From Chloroflexota bacterium (GTDB lineage Bacteria > Chloroflexota > Dehalococcoidia > Lucifugimonadales > UBA3495), in assembly GCA_009837355.1 (NCBI GenBank), contig VXTR01000075.1, positions 91,222-155,221 of the forward strand: 64,000 nt of DNA. Reading direction: 5' to 3'. Positions 9,822-21,766 of the stretch are shown here, piece by piece. The translations under genes and the position numbers were made by a program. Position 1 is the stretch's first letter. Each line of letters begins with the position of its first letter. The notes below the pieces were generated by a model. It was not told the origin of the DNA, searched no databases, and was given only the letters and a program-made list of their open reading frames with translations.

Positions 9822-10343
9822 GTGTACCAGGCAGCGGTTTTTGTACATCTGGCGTCGGCCATCATTTGGATCGGGGGCAGCCTGTTTTTGGCGTTGGCGC
9901 TGATCCCGGTGATGCGGCGGTTTGCGCCGGCGCCGGGCGAGCCGCCGACGCTGCCGCCGGATCTGCTGGCGATGGTGGCCCGGCGGTTCCGGGTCATATC
10001 GTGGGTATGCATCGCGCTGCTGGTCGCGACCGGACTGTATATCCTGCCGACGCGCTACGGAATCGGCTTTAGTGACTTTTTCAGCCTGGGCGGGCATTTC
10101 GTCGGCACGTTGCAGGTGAAAGTAGCGCTGGTGGCGGTGGTCATCTGGCTGAGCGCGCTGCACGACTTTATCATCGGCCCATACGCGAACCGCCTGATTG
10201 AGGCGATGCAGGCGGGGGAGGAAACGCCGGGATACCTGCCGACGCTGCGCAAATCCGTAATCTGGATCGCCCGGGTGAACGTGCTGCTGATGGTCATGAT
10301 TGTGGTGGTGGCGGTGTCGATGACCAAGGGCACGCCGGTGTAA
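9822..10343 (+). CDS. CopD-like integral membrane protein
   Basis: ORF 9795..10343. GTG 9822 is preceded by GGAGG. There are about four TM helices, and FVHLASAIIWIGGSLFLALALIPV resembles the CopD-family signature. Confidence 0.55.
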   Translation: MYQAAVFVHLASAIIWIGGSLFLALALIPVMRRFAPAPGEPPTLPPDLLAMVARRFRVISWVCIALLVATGLYILPTRYGIGFSDFFSLGGHFVGTLQVKVALVAVVIWLSALHDFIIGPYANRLIEAMQAGEETPGYLPTLRKSVIWIARVNVLLMVMIVVVAVSMTKGTPV

Positions 10344-10356
10344 CGGAGGTGAGAGT

Positions 10357-10870
10357 ATGGCCGGCGATAAGCGCGGCGAAACCTATGGGGAGCTGCCGGT
10401 ATTCGAGCATCATCATGGCCGGCCGGAGGTCTGGCCGGGCCTGCGGATTGACGGGCTGGTACGGGTAGCGACGGTACTGACGGAGCCGGAACTGCGCGAG
10501 CTGACCCGGCGAAGCATGACCGCCGACTTTCGCTGCCTTGAGGGTTGGTCGGTTCCGAACCAGAATTGGGAGGGCATACCGCTGTCGGTTGTGCTGGACA
10601 TCGCCGGCCCGACGCCGGAAGCACGGTACGCCGCCGTATCCGCCGCCGACTTCACCATCGCCGTGCCGCTGGACGCCGACACGGCGAACATCCTGCTGGC
10701 GACGCGCCTGAACGGGGCCGAGCTGCCGGAGGAGCACGGAGGCCCGTGCCGGCTGGTGAGCGTGGAGCAGGCTTGCTACGCCAGCGTGAAGTGGGTGGAC
10801 AGCATCACGCTTACGGCGACGATGCCGGAGGAAACGGCGCGGGACATCGCCCGGGCGCGGAACGCCGGCG

Positions 10871-10890
<20 letters not shown>
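10357..10890 (+). CDS. Short molybdopterin-binding oxidoreductase domain protein (MsrP/YedY or sulfite-oxidase-fold)
   Basis: 177 aa. DFRCLEGWSVPNQNWEGIPL resembles the Mo-ligand Cys motif of MsrP-like enzymes, and GGPCRLV is present. GGAGG precedes the ATG. No signal peptide is evident. Confidence 0.7.
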
Positions 10891-11577
<687 letters not shown>

Positions 11578-11581
<4 letters not shown>

Positions 11582-13149
11582 GCTTGCCCTGTCCACGGTT
11601 CGGCGAAGGTGAGGGTGAATATGGAGCCGCCGCCGGGGTTGTCGGACACGGATACGCCGCCGCCGTGGGCTTTCATTATCTGGTCGCAGATGTAGAGGCC
11701 CAGGCCCATGCCCCTGGAGATGGCGGCGGCCGGATTTTGTGAACGGTGGAAGCGCTCGAAGATGCGTCGGGATTCCCAACGAGGCACGCCGACGCCGGCG
11801 TCGCATACCGCTACCGTCACAGCGCCGTTGCGGTTATTGGCGCAGAACACCTGGACCGGGCCGCCGCCCGGGGAGTATTTGACGGCGTTGTCCAGCAGGT
11901 TGACCAGCACTTCTTCCAACAGTGCCGGGTCGCCCACCACCGGCGGCAAGTCATCATCGGCCTGAACGGATAAATGGTGATTTCGAGAAGCGGGGTTCAT
12001 TCTGCCGACGACTTTCTCAGCCACGGTGGCCATGTTGACCTGCTCGCGGCTGATAGGCAGTTCGCCGGATTCCAGGCGGGAGGCCAGGAGCAGCCGGTTC
12101 ATCAGCTGACTCATGTGGTCGGTCTCTTCCTCGATGGCCTCGAAGATGGGGCGCAGGGTGTCGCCGTCCCACTGGGCGTCGGGGCGCGACAGGGTGTTGG
12201 TGTAGCCCTTGATGATGGCCAGGGGAGTCTGGAGTTGATGTCCCAGCATGGAGAGGAAAGTGGAGCGCATATTCTCCACCTCCCGCACGCGGGTCATATC
12301 CCGAACGTTGACCACTGCGTTGAGGGGAGCCTGCTCCGGAGAACGCACCACCGAGTAGACCAGAGCCACCTCGGTGCTGTGGCCGCTGCGGGAGCGGACG
12401 GTGGCGGCTAATTCGGACACGCCACTGGCGGCGTCTGTCGAGTGCAGCATGGGGCAGCGTCCCGGGCAGATGGGGCGGCCTTCCCGGTCGCGCCAGTTCA
12501 GGGCCATAGCACAAGGCAAACCCAGCAGTTCCTCTCTGGGAACGCCCAGCAGCCGCTCCATGGCCGGGTTAACGCTGACGATGCGGCGAGCCGCGTCCAC
12601 TGTGTAAATGCCGTCGGCGCTGCCCTCCAGGATGGATTCCACACGCTGTTTTTCCTGAGTCAACAGGTGGGCCAGGCGGGCGGACTGGACGGCGATGGCG
12701 GCCTGTTCGGCGAAGGCGGCCAGCACAGGAGGGTCGAGCTGGGAAAAGTTGGCGGCGTCGGAGGAACGGAGGACGAAAATCAGGCCGACGGTTTCCTCTC
12801 CAGTGTGCAGGGGAACCGCCATCACCGGGTTCTGCATTTCGCCGGTGGTTGACACGGGGAGCGCGGACTGAGGGAATAGGGTAGATAAGAGCGCGAACTG
12901 CTCCCGGCTCAAGGCGAGGTCCGGGATAGCCTCGTTAAGCAGCGGACGAATGCGGCCGATCTGCGGACCGTCCAGCCCGTAGGCTCCGGTAACGACAAAG
13001 CGGCGTACCGCGTCGTCCCAGGTAGCGACGACGGCGGCGCTGCCACCCAGGGCGCGGACAGCGTTACGCAGTATGTCTTCCAGCTCCGGCTGGAGCTCGG
13101 CGCCCTCTTCGACGCCCGCTGGACGTTGGATATTCAACCTGCCGACCAT
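11578..13149 (-). CDS. GAF/PAS sensor histidine kinase
   Basis: N-terminal GAF-like region, PAS (VESILEGSADGIYTVDAARRIVSVNPAMERLLG), H-box (FLSMLGHQLQTPL) and an HATPase domain (NLLDNAVKY...GMGLGLYI). Confidence 0.9.
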
Positions 13150-13288
13150 GGAGAATCACGCATCCGAACCGGGTATTTCCAACGCAATTTTAACATTAAC
13201 CCCATTGGAAAACCGGCAGGGGTAGTTGAGAATTAACTGCCAAAGGCTGGGGGCCGTCTTTTGGGGCGGCTCAAGCAAGGAGGTACCA

Positions 13289-13474
13289 ATGCCCAGGTAC
13301 GTTTACCGGTGCACTGCGTGCGACCACGAATACGACCAAAGGGAGAGTTTCGGAGCCTCGCCGCAAGGAGAGTGTCCGGAATGTTCCGGCGTGAGTCGGC
13401 GGATATTCCACCCCGTACCGGTGATTTACAAGGGTTCGGGGTTCTATACCACCGATTACGCGCGCAAGAAGTGA
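13289..13474 (+). CDS. FmdB-family zinc-ribbon protein
   Basis: [34 protein letters not shown] (CxxC...CxxC, the FmdB pattern). GGAGG lies 6 nt before ATG 13289. It sits immediately upstream of groES. Confidence 0.75.
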   Translation: MPRYVYRCTACDHEYDQRESFGASPQGECPECSGVSRRIFHPVPVIYKGSGFYTTDYARKK

Positions 13475-13542
13475 CTCCCGCCGACGCGGGGCCACGGCAT
13501 AACCCAAGCCAGATACAACACCACAAAGCAAGGAGGCAATCA

Positions 13543-13833
13543 GTGGCCACTTTCACACCACTAGGAGAGCGCATCGTCATCAAGCCGATGGAGCAGGAAG
13601 CCCAGACCAGGGGCGGAATCCTGCTGCCGGACACGGCCAAGGAAAAGCCCCAGGAGGGCGAAGTCGTGGCCGTGGGACCGGGCCGGGTCGCTGACGACGG
13701 CAGCCGCATCAGCATGGAACTCACCGTAGGCGACAAGGTCATCTACTCCAAGTACGCCGGCACCGAGTACGAGGACGGCGACGAAGAGTATCTCATCATG
13801 CGGGAGTCCGACGTGCTGGCCAAAATCGGCTAA
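13543..13833 (+). CDS. groES: Co-chaperonin GroES
   Basis: GTG start after AGGAGG. The product reads [48 protein letters not shown]... Confidence 0.95.
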   Translation: MATFTPLGERIVIKPMEQEAQTRGGILLPDTAKEKPQEGEVVAVGPGRVADDGSRISMELTVGDKVIYSKYAGTEYEDGDEEYLIMRESDVLAKIG

Positions 13834-13855
13834 CCGCGCGGGCTACACCGACTGA

Positions 13856-15526
<1,671 letters not shown>

Positions 15527-15552
15527 ATCTCGAGACAATTCCTACGGGAAAC

Positions 15553-15598
15553 CTGCCGGAGCGGTCAATGAATCGCTCCGGCAGTTATGTTTGGTGTT
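15553..15598 (+). terminator. Rho-independent terminator of groESL
   Basis: An 11-bp stem CTGCCGGAGCG (15553-15563) / CGCTCCGGCAG (15574-15584), followed by the T-rich TTATGTTTGGTGTT. Confidence 0.7.
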
Positions 15599-15746
15599 AT
15601 AGTTAGCAGCGTACTGTATTCCCTGGCGGCGCTGAGACCAAAGGCTATGCGCCGTCCCGGCTCCTCTGCCGAGGCCACTTCTGAACCGCTCGCCATTACG
15701 CCGTTTTCTGGACTGGCATCCACCCACGCCGTTCTTTTACGGGTGG

Positions 15747-17051
15747 TTGGTGCTGGCGATGGGTTGCTTGTCCAGCGCGGGCGGCTCCAGCGTATCCCAG
15801 GTGGTGATGGGGACCATCCAAGTCTATATCTCCCAGGACACCGGCTGGACCATTGAAAGGATCGCAATTGCGGTGACGGCGGGGACGTGGATATCGGGAC
15901 TGCTGGCTCCCCTGGCCGGGTTCATGGCTGACCGATACGGCCCGCGTCTGCTCACCACCGTCGGACTGGTTGTGGTGGGCTGCTGCCTGCTGGTTATATC
16001 GGCGACCAACAACAACTCGCTGTTGCAGTTCATCATCCCCTACGTCATCGCCCGTTCCATCAGCAATCCGTTTCTGATCGGGGTGGTGCCTCGCGTCGCT
16101 ACGGTCAACTTCTTCCGTAGGTGGCGCAACATTACCATCGCCATCTCGGGGATGGCGCGACCGGTGGGCGGCGCAATCAACATTCAGATAATCTCGTTGA
16201 TCGCGCTGAACCAGAGCTGGCGAGCGGCCTACGGTTACGTTGGCGTGTTTCTGCTGCTGCTGGCGGTGCCGGCGTTCCTGGCGATGCGGCGGACGCCGGA
16301 GGAAATCGGTATGCTGCCGGACGGCGCGCGTCCCAGTCGGGCTACGGCGGATGCGCGGCGGGCCGCCGACGGTCGGCCCGGCGGCGGGCTTGAACCGGAG
16401 TTCAGTTGGACGGCCAGGGAGGCCATGCGGACCCGCGCTTACTGGTGCCTGGCCGGCACTGCGGTTTTTGCGATCATAGCGTCTGCGGGGTCGGGCTATA
16501 TTCTGGTGCCGTACTTGGTAAGCTCGTCCGGCCCCGGGCTCGCCAACCCCCAGGCGGTGGGCGTAGGCAGCCTAGGCGCGGTTCTGGCGTTGACCACGCT
16601 GGTGTGGGGATACATGGCGGACAAGCTGGGACCTCGGCGTTGCATGTTGATTACCATCACCGGGGCGGTAGCGTCGGGAATATTTCTGATCACCGGCGTG
16701 AACTCGGTGTTGACAGCCTACATTTTCGCCGTGCTGTGGGGGTTCTTTTCCAACACGGTGGGCACACTGGAGCACATGCTGCTGGCCCAATACTTCGGGC
16801 GCGGTTCGTTCGGGGCGATTATGGGTTCGCTGGGACCGCTGCAGACCACGGCGTTGGGAGTGGGGCCGCTGTTCGGGAGTTATCTGCTGACTTACACGCA
16901 CAGCTACCCGGTGGTCTTCACGGTGCTGTTAGCGATGTATGCTGCCGCCGGGATGCTGATTTTCCTGGCGAAAGCGCCCCGTCTGCCGCCCCGGGCGACG
17001 GCAACCGATCCTGAGGCCAGCGGCGCCACGGGCACGCCGGCGACGGTATAA
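15747..17051 (+). CDS. MFS transporter
   Basis: 434 aa with about 12 TM segments and ADRYGPR loop motifs. TTG 15747 is the first start codon after the in-frame stop. Confidence 0.8.
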   Translation: MVLAMGCLSSAGGSSVSQVVMGTIQVYISQDTGWTIERIAIAVTAGTWISGLLAPLAGFMADRYGPRLLTTVGLVVVGCCLLVISATNNNSLLQFIIPYVIARSISNPFLIGVVPRVATVNFFRRWRNITIAISGMARPVGGAINIQIISLIALNQSWRAAYGYVGVFLLLLAVPAFLAMRRTPEEIGMLPDGARPSRATADARRAADGRPGGGLEPEFSWTAREAMRTRAYWCLAGTAVFAIIASAGSGYILVPYLVSSSGPGLANPQAVGVGSLGAVLALTTLVWGYMADKLGPRRCMLITITGAVASGIFLITGVNSVLTAYIFAVLWGFFSNTVGTLEHMLLAQYFGRGSFGAIMGSLGPLQTTALGVGPLFGSYLLTYTHSYPVVFTVLLAMYAAAGMLIFLAKAPRLPPRATATDPEASGATGTPATV

Positions 17052-17081
17052 TCCATGTCAATCAACCGACGGAGGCAAATC

Positions 17082-17474
17082 ATGGCCGAAGCAACTTACA
17101 TGAACCCAAGCGGAATCGCCGACCCCTCGCCATCCGGCTTTACCGCCGTAGTGAAGGCCGGCAACACGGTGTACATCGCCGGCATGGTGGCACAGGATGA
17201 AAACGGCAACGTCGTTGGCGCCGGCGACGCCGAGGCCCAGACCCGGCAGATTTGGCACAACATCGGCGTTGCGGTTGCCGCCGCCGGGGGAAGCCTGGCC
17301 GACATCGTGAAGACGACGACCTACGTGACCGGCATCGAGCACGGAGCGGCGGTGCGGAAAGTGCGCGGCGAACTGTTTCCCAGCAATCCGCCCACCAGCA
17401 CGCTGCTGGTGGTGAGTGAGCTGGCGAACCCGGCCTACGTGGTGGAGATCGAGTCGATCGCAGTGGTGGGGTAA
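17082..17474 (+). CDS. RidA/YjgF-family protein
   Basis: ORF 17055..17474; ATG 17082 follows GGAGG. The product reads VYIAGMVAQDENGNVVGAGDAEAQTRQIWHNI...TTYVT...VEIESIAV. Confidence 0.85.
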   Translation: MAEATYMNPSGIADPSPSGFTAVVKAGNTVYIAGMVAQDENGNVVGAGDAEAQTRQIWHNIGVAVAAAGGSLADIVKTTTYVTGIEHGAAVRKVRGELFPSNPPTSTLLVVSELANPAYVVEIESIAVVG

Positions 17475-17490
17475 GGCGCGGGAAAGGCCG

Positions 17491-17751
17491 TTAACCTAAC
17501 TCTCCCAACTCGCATTCCCGGCGCCGCTGCTGTAAGACCAGCCACATACGGTGCCAGACGTAGCGGCGTTCCGGGTCTTCGAGGCGGCGGCCGATTAGCT
17601 GGCGCACGGCCAGGACGGCCTGGCCGGCGAAGAATCCCCAATGGCCGGGTTCGTTGCGAATCCAGCCGGCTACCCGCTCGGGGTGAGCGTCGGCGACGTC
17701 GGCCAGCGTGCGGTCCAAGGCAGCGTCGCCGGCGTCCTGCTCCGAGGGCAT
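17491..17751 (-). CDS. Small hypothetical protein with a GatB/YqeY-like motif (tentative)
   Basis: 86 aa. HPERVAGWIRNEPGHWGFFAGQAVLAVRQLIGRRL resembles the GatB/YqeY C-terminal pattern. The start is 4 nt after the thiS stop, so it is probably co-transcribed. Confidence 0.4.
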   Translation of the reverse strand: MPSEQDAGDAALDRTLADVADAHPERVAGWIRNEPGHWGFFAGQAVLAVRQLIGRRLEDPERRYVWHRMWLVLQQRRRECELGELG

Positions 17752-17755
17752 GGGG

Positions 17756-17959
17756 CTAACCGCCGCCTACGGGGCGGACGATTTCCAGGGTGTCGCCGGG
17801 ACTGAGTTTGACGGCGGGAAAGTCCTCTTTGCGGATTACCTGGCCGTTATAGCCGACGGCGATGAAGCGCATATTGACGTCGATGGTGGCCAGGTAAGAC
17901 TGCAAATCCTGCCCTTCGTCAATCTCTCGAGGTTTGCCGTTCACGGTGAGGGTAATCAT
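17756..17959 (-). CDS. thiS: Sulfur carrier protein ThiS
   Basis: 67 aa ending ...EIVRPVGGG (C-terminal GG). It overlaps the thiE stop by 4 nt. Confidence 0.85.
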   Translation of the reverse strand: MITLTVNGKPREIDEGQDLQSYLATIDVNMRFIAVGYNGQVIRKEDFPAVKLSPGDTLEIVRPVGGG

Positions 17960-18678
17960 GGCGGCGCAACATCTCCTGTTACCTGGGCTGCCAATCGGTG
18001 CGCTGCTGCGGGCTGAGATTCATACTCGATACTGGGGTTACCGGCTGCTGTGTCAAGCATCGCCGACTTGAGGCGACGCGCGGCGGTTTCCGGGTCTTCG
18101 CTGGCGAGGATGCCGGTGATAACTGCCGCGCCGGACGCGCCGGACGCCATCACTTCGGCGACGTTCTCGGCGGTAATGCCGCCGATGCCCAGCATGGGGA
18201 TAGCGACGCCAGCGGATGCAATTCGGGACAGCAAACCGGGCCCGGAAGGTTCTTCGCCGGGATGGGAGCGAGTGGCGAACATCGTGCCGACCAGCAGGAA
18301 ATCCGCCCCGTTGACTGCGGCGTGGAGCGCGCCGGGCACGGAATGGACGGAACGTCCAATGACGGCGCCGGGGCCGAGGATGGTGCGGGCTTCATCGACG
18401 GGCAGCGCCATTTCGCCCAGTTGTACGCCGTCGGCGCCGGCGGCAAGAGCAACATCGGCGCGCTCGTTGACCAGCAACAAGGCGCGGCCCTGGATAATCT
18501 CCCGCAAGTCCCAAGCCTGCTCAAGGAGAACTCCGCCGGGGGCTTCCTTGTCCCGCAGCTGCACCAGGTCAACCCCGCCGGCCACGGCGGCGGCGACGCG
18601 CTGAGGCAACTCGTCCGGCGGACAAACCGTCCGGTCGGTCACCAGGCACAGGCAGGGATAGGGTAGCGTGGCGGGCAT
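17956..18678 (-). CDS. thiE: Thiamine-phosphate synthase
   Basis: ORF 17956..18771; start at ATG 18678, 10 nt after the thiG stop. Contains LCLVTDR...VDLVQLRDKEA...GADGVQLG...GIGGIT. Confidence 0.9.
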   Translation of the reverse strand: MPATLPYPCLCLVTDRTVCPPDELPQRVAAAVAGGVDLVQLRDKEAPGGVLLEQAWDLREIIQGRALLLVNERADVALAAGADGVQLGEMALPVDEARTILGPGAVIGRSVHSVPGALHAAVNGADFLLVGTMFATRSHPGEEPSGPGLLSRIASAGVAIPMLGIGGITAENVAEVMASGASGAAVITGILASEDPETAARRLKSAMLDTAAGNPSIEYESQPAAAHRLAAQVTGDVAPP

Positions 18679-18688
18679 AGTCGGCCAA

Positions 18689-19474
18689 TCAGTCGGCGAC
18701 GGCGGGCACGGGCACGTCGGAGGGCGGGCTGCTGGCGATGGCCTCGGTGCGCACCGGGATACGACCGGCAAGATACGCTTGCCGGCCGGCCTCCACGCCC
18801 TTCTTGAAAGCGTCGGCCATCAGGGCCGGGTTCTCCGCCTGGGCGATGGCGGTATTTACCAGCACGGCGTCAGCGCCAATTTCCAGGGCTTTGGACGCGT
18901 CGGAGGGCACGGCCAGGCCGGCGTCCACCACCACGGGCACGTTGGCGTTTTCCAGGATTATTTTGACTTCTTCGACGGTATGGATGCCCTGGCCGGAGCC
19001 GATGGCGGAACCCAGGGGCATTACCGTAACGCAGCCGACCTCTTCCAGGTTTTTGGCCAGCACCGGGTCGGCGTGGATGTAAGGGAGGACCTTGAAGCCA
19101 TCATCCACGAGCTGGCGAGCGGCTTCCAAGGTGCCGTTGGGGTCCGGGAAGAGATACTTAGCGTCGGGGATGACTTCCAGCTTGACGAAATCGGTCTGGG
19201 CGACTTCGCGGCCCAAGCGGGCGACGAAGAGGGCTTCTTCCACGGTGCGACAGCCGGCGGTGTTGGGAAGAATCCGGTACTTGTCGAAGTCGATGAATTC
19301 GAGGATGTTCTGCTCCGGGTTGTCCAGGTCGAGGCGTCGGATGGCTACGGTAACCATCTCGGCCCCGGAGGCTGCCAGGGAATCGACCATTTCCTGCATA
19401 CTGCGATGCCGGCCGGTTCCGACAATCAGCCGGGAATTGAACGAGACACCGCCTATCACCAGTTCATCGGACAT
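18689..19474 (-). CDS. thiG: Thiazole synthase
   Basis: ORF 18689..19528; start at ATG 19474. Contains MSDELVIGGVSFNSRLIVGTG...VLPYIHADPVLAKNLEEVGCVTVMPLGSAIGSGQG. Confidence 0.95.
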   Translation of the reverse strand: MSDELVIGGVSFNSRLIVGTGRHRSMQEMVDSLAASGAEMVTVAIRRLDLDNPEQNILEFIDFDKYRILPNTAGCRTVEEALFVARLGREVAQTDFVKLEVIPDAKYLFPDPNGTLEAARQLVDDGFKVLPYIHADPVLAKNLEEVGCVTVMPLGSAIGSGQGIHTVEEVKIILENANVPVVVDAGLAVPSDASKALEIGADAVLVNTAIAQAENPALMADAFKKGVEAGRQAYLAGRIPVRTEAIASSPPSDVPVPAVAD

Positions 19475-19518
19475 TGCTGCCACTCTCCTATGTGTGCCCT
19501 GAGCCGGGATTCTATCCG

Positions 19519-19553
19519 GCAAAGACAAAACCGCCAGGCGGAACCCGGCGGTA
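19519..19553 (-). terminator. Candidate terminator hairpin of the TPP riboswitch expression platform
   Basis: The minus strand reads ACCGCC-(11 nt)-GGCGGU followed by UUUUGUCUUU. It lies between the aptamer and the thiG start. Confidence 0.45.
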
Positions 19554-19569
19554 AAAGAAAGGCGCTACC

Positions 19570-19665
19570 TACTGTTCCTACGCCGGCATTATCCGAGTCA
19601 GGTACAGACGGTCGGCGACGAATTTGGCCGCCCTCTCAGCCTGGTTTGCCCAAGCTCCCGCCAGA
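19570..19665 (-). promoter_or_regulatory. TPP (THI-box) riboswitch
   Basis: The minus strand reads ...GGGCAAACCAGGCUGAGAGGGCGG...GACCGUCUGUACCUGACUCGGAUAAUGCCGGCGUAGGAAC. The hallmarks CUGAGA, ACCUGA and GGAUAAUGCCNGCGUAGG are present. It lies about 100 nt upstream of thiG. Confidence 0.85.
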
Positions 19666-19729
19666 ATCGCGTGAGGCATTCTGTTGTAGATTGAATGTAG
19701 CACTATGCGCGGCGCAAGTCAAACGGGGG

Positions 19730-20401
19730 TCAGACTTCGTACTCGGCTACAGTGTCCGGGATGATGAGTTGGGCGTCGGTTACGGCCTGCACGTCCTCGG
19801 GCGTCCAACCGGGAGCAACTTCCAGCAGGACGATGCCCTGTGCGGTCGGTTGCATTACGGCTACGTCGGTTACCACCAGGGAGACGCAGCCCTGACCGGT
19901 GAGGGGGTAGTCGCACTGCTCGACGATTTTGGAGTTGCCGCTGCGGTCGTTGTGCTCCATGGCGACGATAACCTTTTCGGCGCCGGCGGCCAGGTCCATG
20001 GCGCCGCCGATGTTGCCGACGCCGCGCTCCGGAAGCATCCAGTTGGCCAGGTCGCCGGTAGCGGACACCTGGTGCGCGCCCAGCACGGTAACGTCCACGT
20101 GGCCGCCGCGAATCATGGCAAAGGCATCAACGGAGGAGAAGTAAGCCATGCCCGGCACGGACTGGAGGAACTGGCCGCCGGCGTTGATGAGGTCAATGTC
20201 CTCGCTGCCTTCTTCGGCCAGGGGGCCGCAGTTGAGGACGCCGCTTTCGCTGTGGTAGAAGACGATGCTCTCATCGGCGACGAACATCGAGACCAGGGTC
20301 GGGATGCCGATGCCCAGGTTGACGGATGCGCCGGGGGGCAGCTCTTTGGCAACGCGCATGGCGATAATGGCGCGGTCGAGGCGTTCTTTGTCGGCGGTCA
20401 T
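19730..20401 (-). CDS. Class I CoA-transferase, subunit B
   Basis: 223 aa. NLGIGIPTLV...FYHSESGVLNCGPL (SE-x-G active-site Glu)...GGAMDLAAGAEKVIVAMEH. Confidence 0.9.
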   Translation of the reverse strand: MTADKERLDRAIIAMRVAKELPPGASVNLGIGIPTLVSMFVADESIVFYHSESGVLNCGPLAEEGSEDIDLINAGGQFLQSVPGMAYFSSVDAFAMIRGGHVDVTVLGAHQVSATGDLANWMLPERGVGNIGGAMDLAAGAEKVIVAMEHNDRSGNSKIVEQCDYPLTGQGCVSLVVTDVAVMQPTAQGIVLLEVAPGWTPEDVQAVTDAQLIIPDTVAEYEV

Positions 20402-20417
20402 GGCAAACCCTCACCCG

Positions 20418-20438
20418 CCCTCTCCCTGAGGGAGAGGG
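20418..20438. repeat. Perfect GC-rich palindrome between CoA-transferase genes
   Basis: CCCTCTCCC-TGA-GGGAGAGGG, a 9-bp stem. It lies between the stop at 20453 and the start at 20401. Confidence 0.8.
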
Positions 20439-20452
20439 AATTGCTGTTGGCG

Positions 20453-21763
20453 CTATTCGTAGCCGGTAAATCCCTGCGGGCGTTGGACGATGCGCTGGAC
20501 GAAGGGGCCCGGAGTGACAATCTCCTCTGGGTCGAGCTGGCCGGGTGCCACGATTTCGTCCACCTCTGCGATGGTAACCCGTGCGGAGGGAGCCATCACG
20601 GCGTTGAAGTTGCGGGAGGTGCCGCGATAGACGAGGTTGCCGTTGGTGTCGGCTTTATGCGCTCGGATGATGGCGAAATCGGCAAGCAGGCCATATTCCA
20701 GGACGTAGTTGCGTCCGTTGATGTTGCGGGTTTCCTTGCCCTCGGCGATAAGCGTGCCGGCACCGGTGTGAGTGTAGAAGGCGTGAATGCCAGCGCCACC
20801 GGCGCGGAGTCGCTCGGCGAGAGTGCCCTGGGGCACCAACTCCAGGTCAACCTCGCCCCGGCGGTAGGCCAGCTCAAACTCCGAGGGTCGGGACACCGAG
20901 GGCGATACCGGGAAGGAGGCGATGGCCTTGGCCACCTGGCCGTTTTCGATGAGCACGCTGTGGTCGATGGCCGTGCGGCCCGGCGGCGTGCCGAAACTGA
21001 CGACGCGGGCGATGCCGGCGGTGTTACTCACGATGGTGAGGCCGCGGCTGCCCCGGTCGCGCAGGGAGATGAGCAGGTAGTGGGCCATTCCGCCGGGGCC
21101 GCCGAAACCGTCGATGAAAACGGTTGCACCGTCGGGGAGGTCGGCAAGGGCGGACGGGCCGTCGGGGTAGATTTTGGACGGGGGCGCGCCGTTTGATGGC
21201 GTGAAGTCCATTTCGCGCAGGGTAGGGGAGATGGACAAATCGGCAGCGGTTATCGCGCGCACGTCGTCGGCAGTCCAGCCGGGGGCAAGTTCGGCAAGGG
21301 TTAGGTCGGCGTCGGCAACGTCAATGACCGCCGCGTCGGTGATGATGGTGTCGACGCAGCGATAGCCGTCGGGCGTCGATGACAGGGCAGGCACGATGTT
21401 GGACGCGCCGACGTCGTCGGAGCGGGGCAGCAGGGCGATTACGCGGTGAGCGCCGGCGGCCAAGTCAACGGCATTGCCCGGCGGATGCTGGCCGGCAAAA
21501 CTGCCGGTGGTGTCAACCTGGGCAGCGCTGACCACAGCGAGGTTCACGTAACCGCCCCGGATTACGGCAGCAGCGTCCGCTTGGCTCAATGGAATGTCGT
21601 TGAGCATCCCACTGTTACCCAAGAACCACGCGCCCAACGACGCGGACGTGGCGTCCGGAACGAGGGTAGGCAGGCCGTCGTCAATGGCAACCACGTCGCC
21701 GGGAGCGATGGCGGCGGCGGCGCGGCGGGCCATTGCCTGGGCATTGAGCTTCGCCGGAGGCAT
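20453..21763 (-). CDS. Fused CoA-transferase: degenerate subunit-B-like N-half plus complete subunit-A C-half
   Basis: A single 436-codon ORF. Residues 1-184 align by eye to subunit B, but about 30 aa are missing and FLGNSGML replaces FYHSESGVL. Residues 185-436 (from MDFTPSNG, ATG 21211) are a full subunit A (DGATVFIDGFGGPGGMAHYLL...VPQGTLAERLRAGGAGI). Confidence 0.8.
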   Translation of the reverse strand: MPPAKLNAQAMARRAAAAIAPGDVVAIDDGLPTLVPDATSASLGAWFLGNSGMLNDIPLSQADAAAVIRGGYVNLAVVSAAQVDTTGSFAGQHPPGNAVDLAAGAHRVIALLPRSDDVGASNIVPALSSTPDGYRCVDTIITDAAVIDVADADLTLAELAPGWTADDVRAITAADLSISPTLREMDFTPSNGAPPSKIYPDGPSALADLPDGATVFIDGFGGPGGMAHYLLISLRDRGSRGLTIVSNTAGIARVVSFGTPPGRTAIDHSVLIENGQVAKAIASFPVSPSVSRPSEFELAYRRGEVDLELVPQGTLAERLRAGGAGIHAFYTHTGAGTLIAEGKETRNINGRNYVLEYGLLADFAIIRAHKADTNGNLVYRGTSRNFNAVMAPSARVTIAEVDEIVAPGQLDPEEIVTPGPFVQRIVQRPQGFTGYE

Positions 21764-21766
21764 AGT

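Noticed and set aside
13150-13545. Expected CIRCE/HrcA operator upstream of groES
   Set aside because: No TTAGCACTC-N9-GAGTGCTAA-like dyad is visible by eye upstream of either the FmdB-like gene or groES, so none is annotated.
18668-21196. 842-aa plus-strand ORF, the longest in the track for this region
   Set aside because: It is entirely antisense to thiG and three CoA-transferase genes that have clear family motifs. Its product is G/A/V/D/R-rich low-complexity sequence, typical of antisense frames in high-GC DNA, and has no recognisable motif.
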